From IMG/VR virus record IMGVR_UViG_2869924733_000002: 23,140 nucleotides of DNA; one strand, 5' to 3'. This DNA comes from a virus (lineage: Duplodnaviria; Heunggongvirae; Uroviricota; Caudoviricetes). The number at the start of each line of letters is the position of its first letter. Position 1 is the stretch's first letter. The notes beneath the pieces are model-generated. The model saw only the letters and a program-made list of their open reading frames with translations. It did not search any database and had not been told where the DNA came from. Of this stretch, positions 17,337-23,140 are shown in pieces. The position numbers and the translations under genes were made by a program.

Positions 17337-17550
17337 GTTTCGCCTCGCCTGAATGATTCTGTAACTCATATTTGCCCAACAATTCGTCCGCTTCCTGAAT
17401 AGCTTCTGGTACGCCATTGAGCAGTGACATAACCGCGCCAATCATTAACTTGTCTCTGTTGCTGGGGCTGGCCCCTTCAAGCCAGAACCCTAAAACAGTC
17501 TGAACCTGTTCGATGCGACATTGCGCTTCAATGAGCTGGATGTTGGTCAT
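17329..17550 (-). CDS. Small hypothetical protein (73 aa)
   Basis: SD GGAGAG before the ATG. Overlaps its neighbours by a few nt on both sides. Confidence 0.5.
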   Translation of the reverse strand: MTNIQLIEAQCRIEQVQTVLGFWLEGASPSNRDKLMIGAVMSLLNGVPEAIQEADELLGKYELQNHSGEAKHE

Positions 17551-17810
17551 TTCGCACTCTCCACATCGATTAAACCGATATCTATCAGGGAGGTAACTTT
17601 TTGTAGCCAGCTATTGATTACTGTCGCCTGTTCCCCGCCCACCGAGGGAACAATCTCATTCATCACATGAACCAGACCTGTGCGCGCTCTGGTAAGCCGT
17701 TCAGTCGCGCAATCTGCGGGAGTGAATGTGTCTGGATATGGCTCTTCACGCCCCAGCAATGATTCAATTTCCAGCTCACACGGATGACGATAAATTAAGT
17801 TGATATTCAT
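17547..17810 (-). CDS. Small hypothetical protein (87 aa)
   Basis: SD GGGGGTG before the ATG at 17810. Start overlaps the upstream stop. Confidence 0.5.
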   Translation of the reverse strand: MNINLIYRHPCELEIESLLGREEPYPDTFTPADCATERLTRARTGLVHVMNEIVPSVGGEQATVINSWLQKVTSLIDIGLIDVESAK

Positions 17811-18001
17811 TTTTCACCCCCAAGAATTACCAGCTCGGCACGGGCATCGTTAACCAAAGATGAGCACGCTTTAATCGCATCCACGACATCAGTAGCGTCC
17901 ATTTCTTCAGCCGAAAGACTGACAGCAACCAGGACAGCCGCTGCTTGCTCGATTAATTGAAGTGCGGACGTAAGGCGAGGGGTATTAATTGAGTTATTCA
18001 T
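17807..18001 (-). CDS. Small hypothetical protein (64 aa; track ORF 17807..18058 trimmed to the internal ATG)
   Basis: [23 protein letters not shown]... The ATG at 18001 is preceded by a G-rich SD. Confidence 0.45.
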   Translation of the reverse strand: MNNSINTPRLTSALQLIEQAAAVLVAVSLSAEEMDATDVVDAIKACSSLVNDARAELVILGGEK

Positions 18002-19061
18002 TGGTTGCCCCCGTTTTTCCTGGCATTTCGCCACCTTCCAGCAGGAAATGAACGTCACGAACGGCGAGATCCAATATCGCGAGTAACGCCTTCAGTCTTT
18101 CGTCTCGTGAGGGAGAGTTGCTCACCAGAATGTCGTTAATCACTTCTGTCAGTGTGATGATCTGGCTTGTGCGTTCGAGGGGATCCATATGCACATCGTA
18201 GGTTTTAATCATGTGCCACCTCCATGCGGATACGACCAGCAAAAAAGCAGATGTGATCGCGCACCAGAGAACGGCGAGCATCGCGTTCAGACTCGGCAGC
18301 AATATGATGAATTTTGGCGGTAATTGTCGGGCAATCGCGGCGAACTGCGGCGATAATCCAGATAAATTGCGGTTTTTGGGTAGTGGTAGTAGCCAGCATG
18401 TGGCAGCCTCCTTGTACTGGGAGTTCTTCCCACCACCGGAGCTGCGAAACTCGCTGGTGGTGGACTGAACAGAGTTCGCAGTACCGGCGTACAAGGAAAC
18501 CGGCCAGCCTTTCGGCTGCCCTGTCCAGCCCACCATAATTTTGCAAGCGACGCGGATTATAACCGCATCACTGAAAAAAGTGTGAGTCTGGCTAACGGCA
18601 CAAAAAAAGACGCTCGGCGCGTCATGTGTCGCCTCGTACATTTCCGGGCTGCGAAACCCGGCACCCGTTTTATGAGGTGCCTTATAACCATAAACCGTGT
18701 TGCCGCATAACGGCAAGCTCTTTTTTATGGACTCCGAAAACTCACTATTGGAAGCACCAGATGCACAATACATCGCGCTCATTTCGTTAACGTCGCGCGT
18801 GTGGACGAAGGTTTTTGTGGAGTCACTACGCGAGCAGAGAAAGCCATCTACGACCAGAAATTCTCTGGCGCAGCCGCCGACCTTCTCAACGCTAACACCA
18901 TCGACCGTAATTTCTGACATAGTTAAGGCATCCGCTCCCACCACCAGAAAATGATAAACTTTGCTTGTATCTGCTGTATTAATGCCAGACTTTGCTGTCA
19001 TATTGCTGGATTTTGGCGACATACCAGCCAGTGAAAATATCTTCTTCTGGACGGTTAGCAT
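17994..19061 (-). CDS. Gene with a strong start at 19061; the 355-codon open frame has an ambiguous 3' end (see findings)
   Basis: ATG at 19061 with GGAGGT SD, 1 nt after the upstream stop. The N-terminal 150 or so residues look protein-like. The frame then stays open through a terminator-like hairpin (18601-18623), a structured region and an internal SD+ATG at 18212 (MIKTYDVH..., 72 aa). Confidence 0.4.
   Translation of the reverse strand: MLTVQKKIFSLAGMSPKSSNMTAKSGINTADTSKVYHFLVVGADALTMSEITVDGVSVEKVGGCAREFLVVDGFLCSRSDSTKTFVHTRDVNEMSAMYCASGASNSEFSESIKKSLPLCGNTVYGYKAPHKTGAGFRSPEMYEATHDAPSVFFCAVSQTHTFFSDAVIIRVACKIMVGWTGQPKGWPVSLYAGTANSVQSTTSEFRSSGGGKNSQYKEAATCWLLPLPKNRNLSGLSPQFAAIARQLPPKFIILLPSLNAMLAVLWCAITSAFLLVVSAWRWHMIKTYDVHMDPLERTSQIITLTEVINDILVSNSPSRDERLKALLAILDLAVRDVHFLLEGGEMPGKTGATNE
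18205..18399 (-). CDS. Small hypothetical protein (64 aa) in an alternative frame
   Basis: AAGGAGG sits 7 nt upstream of the ATG at 18399 ([19 protein letters not shown]...). Its stop overlaps the internal ATG at 18212. Confidence 0.4.
   Translation of the reverse strand: MLATTTTQKPQFIWIIAAVRRDCPTITAKIHHIAAESERDARRSLVRDHICFFAGRIRMEVAHD
18601..18623 (-). terminator. Putative intrinsic terminator or attenuator inside the long open frame
   Basis: Minus strand: GACGC-GCCGA-GCGTC hairpin followed by TTTTTTT. A TGA in another frame sits just before it. Confidence 0.35.
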
Positions 19062-19237
19062 TTGTTAACCTCCGCGAACTCCTTCATGAAGCGCGCCAGC
19101 GGTTGTACGCATGGCGATTGATACCCGTCGCGATAAAACGTCACTCGGTTGTGAGACACGCTTTCGACAGTAACGAGTGCTCCGTGGGCATCCTTGTAGC
19201 GTTTTTGAGGTTGTGGTGTTCCTGTCGGCTTAAACAT
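19055..19237 (-). CDS. Small hypothetical protein (60 aa; track ORF 19055..19324 trimmed to the internal ATG)
   Basis: GGAGGTGG lies 4 nt upstream of the ATG at 19237 (MFKPTGTPQPQKRYKDAHG...). The longer track start would overlap the upstream gene by about 95 nt. Confidence 0.5.
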   Translation of the reverse strand: MFKPTGTPQPQKRYKDAHGALVTVESVSHNRVTFYRDGYQSPCVQPLARFMKEFAEVNKC

Positions 19238-20063
19238 GGACCACCTCCAGACGCTTAGCGAGCCAGCGTTGCGACAGGCGGGTGAGTTCTCCTTTGCGCT
19301 GCTCATATTCCATGCCCATATCAATTAACGTGATATTGGTGCTTTCGAGATATGAGAGGTGCTCAAGTTGTTCTGCGTTCATATGGTCGCGAGGTTCGCC
19401 AGAATAGCCATTTATCCGCGCCCACTGCTTAGCAGTTAGCCCACCAAGAACGATACGAGAAATCATATTGCTCTCGTTTGTGTAGTGGTGTTGCTGCGTC
19501 GTTTTCCCCTGCTCGGCACGGGCCATATTCAGCGCATCGCACATTGGCTTAAAGTTGTTTGCGGCACTGATACGGGCTTTTAGCTGGCGACGATAGCGGG
19601 CGGCGATTTCAGGAACGCTACGCTGTAATTCTTCCTCGCACTGGATGAAATAACGGCGGATAGCGCGACCCTGATCATTGCGTTCGATCATTGCCAGTTC
19701 TTTCGCCATTCCGACACTTAACAGATAGTCTTTGCCGGGTCTGCCAGACTGCTTAATCTTTCTGTAAGCCGCGCCATTCGGGCTTTTCCCCAAATTTGGG
19801 GAAATAGTTTTATGGACTGAGTAATCGTGCCCAATGGTGAAGTCATATTCAGAGATGCGATCAGTGATCCATGTAGAGAAGTCTTTTCCCACGCCCAACG
19901 CTTTGTGTAACGCTTTTGCGCTAACAATATTGGTTTCACGCCCACCGATATGACCAGGAATAACCGGGACAATTGCGGCAAATTCATTACCGTTAATTGT
20001 GCTCAGAGAGGCGTTCAGATGAGGGGCGGCCTCAGAAATTAATCTGCTTTTTTCGATGTTCAT
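19230..20063 (-). CDS. Phage antirepressor/regulatory protein-like (Ant/KilAC/Rha-type), 277 aa
   Basis: The block SAKALHKALGVGKDFSTWITDRI ... KDYLLSVGMAKELAMIERNDQGRAIRRYFIQ resembles recalled antirepressor signatures. SD GGAGA before the ATG. Confidence 0.55.
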   Translation of the reverse strand: MNIEKSRLISEAAPHLNASLSTINGNEFAAIVPVIPGHIGGRETNIVSAKALHKALGVGKDFSTWITDRISEYDFTIGHDYSVHKTISPNLGKSPNGAAYRKIKQSGRPGKDYLLSVGMAKELAMIERNDQGRAIRRYFIQCEEELQRSVPEIAARYRRQLKARISAANNFKPMCDALNMARAEQGKTTQQHHYTNESNMISRIVLGGLTAKQWARINGYSGEPRDHMNAEQLEHLSYLESTNITLIDMGMEYEQRKGELTRLSQRWLAKRLEVVHV

Positions 20064-20075
20064 TTTCAGTCTCCG

Positions 20076-20507
20076 TTAAGCGGCGTTAAACGCGTCCGGG
20101 TAGAGTTTCAGAATGTCGGCAATTTCCTGCTGAGAAAGTCCGTTGTGATCATTTATGTTCGCAAGATGGTTAATATGAGTGATCACTTTCAGAACATCAC
20201 CACGGCAGGAGAAACGGTAGCGAAGGTGTGTTCCGATACCATCAGGATTCTTTTCGTCGATACGCTCCAGAGTGATTCCAAGCTGGCGTTCTAACTCTGT
20301 TGCATAGTTACGACCAGAAGACAGACGGCAGTAGCGAAGAATGTCATTTTCTGTCCATCCCTCTATACCAGTACGCAGCATATAGACTCTGGCACGATGC
20401 TTTTTCGGTGTGCGCTTTGGTGCTTGAAGGGATTTTGTAAGGGGCGTAACATCAGATACGCGAATATCTGAATTAGCCGCCTGTAATGGGCGGTTTTTCT
20501 TATTCAT
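20076..20507 (-). CDS. Hypothetical protein (143 aa) with a basic N-terminus
   Basis: Start overlaps the AlpA stop as TAATG. No family recognised. Confidence 0.55.
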   Translation of the reverse strand: MNKKNRPLQAANSDIRVSDVTPLTKSLQAPKRTPKKHRARVYMLRTGIEGWTENDILRYCRLSSGRNYATELERQLGITLERIDEKNPDGIGTHLRYRFSCRGDVLKVITHINHLANINDHNGLSQQEIADILKLYPDAFNAA

Positions 20508-20704
20508 TACGCTACCTCGCCACGCGACTCAGCGATGCGCTGATTAATCCATTCTTCAATTTCACTTTCAATAAACGCAATTGATCGGCTTCCAATCTTT
20601 ACAGATTGAGGGAATCGCTGTTCTTTGATGAGCCGATAAATCCACGCTTTGCTGTAACCAGTACGGCGTTGAACCTCAGAAAGACGAATAAATGATTGAG
20701 ACAT
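20507..20704 (-). CDS. alpA: AlpA-family phage transcriptional regulator / excisionase-like protein
   Basis: 65 aa, MSQSFIRLSEVQRRTGYSKAWIYRLIKEQRFPQSVKIGSRSIAFIESEIEEWI. SD AGGAG upstream. Confidence 0.85.
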   Translation of the reverse strand: MSQSFIRLSEVQRRTGYSKAWIYRLIKEQRFPQSVKIGSRSIAFIESEIEEWINQRIAESRGEVA

Positions 20705-20822
20705 GTTTACTCCTATATTCTGTCATCTTCTTTAATGGACATCAGTAGACAGAAAGGAGATTAAACAAACCGGTGAATGGGTGATAGCGGATAAAAATAA
20801 AATATTTTTTTGAGAAGATTAT

Positions 20823-20857
20823 CCGCTTTGAAATACACAGTAGCGTATTCAAAGCGG
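20823..20857. promoter_or_regulatory. Imperfect inverted repeat (13/14-bp arms) upstream of alpA; putative operator
   Basis: CCGCTTTGAAATAC - acagtagc - GTATTCAAAGCGG. No adjacent T-run on either strand, so it does not look like a terminator. Confidence 0.3.
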
Positions 20858-20901
20858 AAATCGCGAAATTTACTTAAAACGTTTACGTAGGATTTTGCTT
20901 G

Positions 20902-21783
20902 CTATAAATCTCTACTCATTAAATCAGATATTTTTATCAAGCTCATTTCTCTGTCTTTGTTTACATAAAGCTGAAGCAAGCGGGTGTATCTCTCGCTTAT
21001 AGATTCAAGTGCAAAAGGCTTTATTGATTCCTTAATAGCCTGCGTATCTTTCGGATCATCACTAAAAACCAAGGCAGAAATCATCGGATTGCTCACTTCC
21101 TTACCTGACTTCTCACCCCAAATCAGCAGATCAACAATAGGTATCACTCTATTAGATATCAACTTCTGAAGGGTCTTTAATCCAATCCTTTTCTGAGCGA
21201 CATGCTCTCTCTCTGGTACTTTTAACTCTTTTCGCCATAGAGGTAGAAGGTGAGTCAGGCTGGTAATAATTTCGTCATCAGTGGCGTCATCTAAATCTAT
21301 AGAAACGAGTATGATGTTAGGGGAACAATTACTTAGGTTTCCAGTAACACTCGCAAGCATAGCGTTTGCCTTGAGGTAGCAATCCTCTTCGTCTCTTTTA
21401 AAAAAGCCTTGATCTATCGATGAGAAAGAGTACATGGCCAGCTCTGAAAATGTTACTGGACTAACCCCCATAGCTGAAGATAATGAGGGAAGATCATCGT
21501 ACTCATTTCTTAATGATGGGGCTTCATCATTTACTTTGCGAATAAATTCTTCGACCTCTTCCTCTTCTTCATTGAGAATGGTTAGGTTAGGATCGCCCGA
21601 AAAAATCCTTTCATATTTTATATCGTACTCTTCTTTGAATATAGCAGTGTCATCTTTTGCATGACGCAATAAAAAATCGCGCCACTCTAATTCTTGAATC
21701 AAGTCCGGCAAGGTTAAATCATTTAAAAATTCATAATTACTAATATCAAACCATGCTAAATCTTGTTTTTTGGCTCTCACCAT
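20902..21783 (-). CDS. Hypothetical acidic protein (293 aa), AT-rich cargo gene between integrase and alpA
   Basis: Visibly AT-richer than its neighbours. G-rich SD before the ATG at 21783. Acidic stretch ILNEEEEEVEEF. No recognisable family. Confidence 0.65.
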   Translation of the reverse strand: MVRAKKQDLAWFDISNYEFLNDLTLPDLIQELEWRDFLLRHAKDDTAIFKEEYDIKYERIFSGDPNLTILNEEEEEVEEFIRKVNDEAPSLRNEYDDLPSLSSAMGVSPVTFSELAMYSFSSIDQGFFKRDEEDCYLKANAMLASVTGNLSNCSPNIILVSIDLDDATDDEIITSLTHLLPLWRKELKVPEREHVAQKRIGLKTLQKLISNRVIPIVDLLIWGEKSGKEVSNPMISALVFSDDPKDTQAIKESIKPFALESISERYTRLLQLYVNKDREMSLIKISDLMSRDL

Positions 21784-21925
21784 ACGCCACCCCGCGCCCC
21801 TAATTCTGACGGCTATGCCAGCCCGTAGGGGTGTACGGGTTTTCGGGGATCAGCCTAGACATAGCCTATTCTTTGTTCGTCTACATAAGTCTACTACCAT
21901 TGCTTAACACGGTCTATTCATACAG

Positions 21926-23140
21926 TTAAGCTCGTTTCCCAAACGAACCATGAACAACGTTCTCCTCCTTCTCCAGCGCATCCATATAGTCGGCATACCA
22001 TTGAAGCATCTCCCGCCTTCCATCCAGATATTGCGCATGGTTGTATGTGCCACGAATTGAGTTCTTATCAACGTGAGCGAGCTGCGTTTCTATCCACGCG
22101 GTGTTATAGCCCTGCTCATGCAAAATCGTGCTCATAGTGTGCCGGAACCCATGACCAGTTACACGTCCAGCGTAGCCAATGCGCTTAAACACTTGGTTTA
22201 TGCTGGCCTCACTCATTGTTTTCCTTGGATCATTGCGCCCGGGAAACATAAGAGGGTAATTGCCTGTTATTTCTCTAATCTTCCCAATAAGCGAAAGAGC
22301 CTGATCAGACAATGGCACAATATGAGGCCGCCGCATTTTCATACGTGAAGCGGGTATCTCCCAGATAGCCTTGTTGAAATCAATTTCATCCCATAATGCG
22401 CCACGTAGTTCGCCAGTCCGCAAGCCGGTGATAATCAGTAGACGAGCCGCCATAACAACCAATGCGCTTCCTGAGTAACTGGACAATGCCTTGAAAAAAT
22501 CAGGTAATTCTTTAGCTGTAAGGAAAGGGTAATGATTAGATTCATGGCCTTGCATCGCGCTAGTAAGGTCTGGTGCAGGGTTATACTCTGCGCGACCAGT
22601 GACTATTGCATAGCGGAAAACTTCCCCGCACCGCTGCCTCACTTTTTTGGCTTTTTCTGTAGCACCGCGCCCCTCGATGCGCCGCAGCACATTCAGAAGT
22701 TCAAGTGGTTTGATTTCGGCGATTGGTTTTTTGCCAATGTAAGGGAACACATCTTTGTTGAAGGCTTCGAGGATGTCTGAAGCATAACCAGCAGACCATT
22801 TTTTTAATTTGCTGCTGTGCCACTCAAGGGCAATATCTTTGAAGGTGTTGTTTAACTGCGTTTCCCGGGCAATCTTTTCCTCTCGTTTCGCTTCCATCGG
22901 ATCGATACCACCAGCGATACCTCTTTTCGCATCTTCACGTTTTGCCCGAGCATCGGCTAGAGTAACCTCAGGATACACACCTAGTGCCAATAGCTTCTCT
23001 TTACCAGCTACACGATATTTAAGTCGCCAGTATTTACCTCCATTAGGTTTTACCAAGAGATACAAACCGCCACCATCGGCCAGCTTGTAAGCCTTCTCTT
23101 TTGGCTTGGCTGTGTCTATTTGACGGGCATTGAGTTTCAC
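21926..23140 (-). CDS. P4-type tyrosine integrase (N-terminal arm-binding domain plus catalytic domain), 5' end at the window edge
   Basis: N-terminus AKPKEKAYKLADGGGLYLLVKPNGGKYWRLKYRVAGKEKLLALGVYPEVTLADARAKR is the P4-integrase arm-binding signature. Catalytic region has HGFRHTMSTILHEQG and the HAQY tyrosine motif. The GTG at 23138-23140 is probably one codon short of the real start. Confidence 0.9.
   Translation of the reverse strand: MKLNARQIDTAKPKEKAYKLADGGGLYLLVKPNGGKYWRLKYRVAGKEKLLALGVYPEVTLADARAKREDAKRGIAGGIDPMEAKREEKIARETQLNNTFKDIALEWHSSKLKKWSAGYASDILEAFNKDVFPYIGKKPIAEIKPLELLNVLRRIEGRGATEKAKKVRQRCGEVFRYAIVTGRAEYNPAPDLTSAMQGHESNHYPFLTAKELPDFFKALSSYSGSALVVMAARLLIITGLRTGELRGALWDEIDFNKAIWEIPASRMKMRRPHIVPLSDQALSLIGKIREITGNYPLMFPGRNDPRKTMSEASINQVFKRIGYAGRVTGHGFRHTMSTILHEQGYNTAWIETQLAHVDKNSIRGTYNHAQYLDGRREMLQWYADYMDALEKEENVVHGSFGKRA

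Noticed and set aside
18400-18700. Retron-like msr/msd locus, suggested by the stable inverted repeats
   Set aside because: There is no reverse-transcriptase gene in or near the region. An antisense-RNA or attenuator role is more consistent with the context.

Overview
IS-riddled, mosaic mobile-element region, probably Enterobacteriaceae (Shigella/E. coli-like, inferred from IS630-, IS911- and IS600-like content). No rRNA, tRNA or CRISPR array was found. Left (1-1512): an IS3-family element nested in an IS911-like end, both inserted into a tyrosine-integrase gene that also carries a 28-bp tandem duplication. Left island (1.7-4.4 kb): hypothetical gene, pRiA4b ORF-3-like gene, PerC-like regulator flanked by two paralogous small genes, an iteron cluster, and an AlpA-like gene. 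Centre (5.3-12.7 kb): a minus-strand operon of overlapping genes (53 aa, 153 aa, 225 aa, about 473 aa split by IS630, about 701 aa cut from its start codon by an IS5-family element). By gene order and size it resembles a podovirus DNA-ejection protein module; this is inference, not a confirmed homology. It ends at a terminator facing a small AT-rich membrane protein. Right (13.1-23.1 kb): a P4-type integrative or satellite-like element with iterons, a 919-aa primase-helicase, a string of small coupled genes around a structured region, an antirepressor-like gene, AlpA, an AT-rich cargo gene and a P4-type integrase at the window edge. All functional calls come from reading the translations and recalled family motifs; no database search was run.
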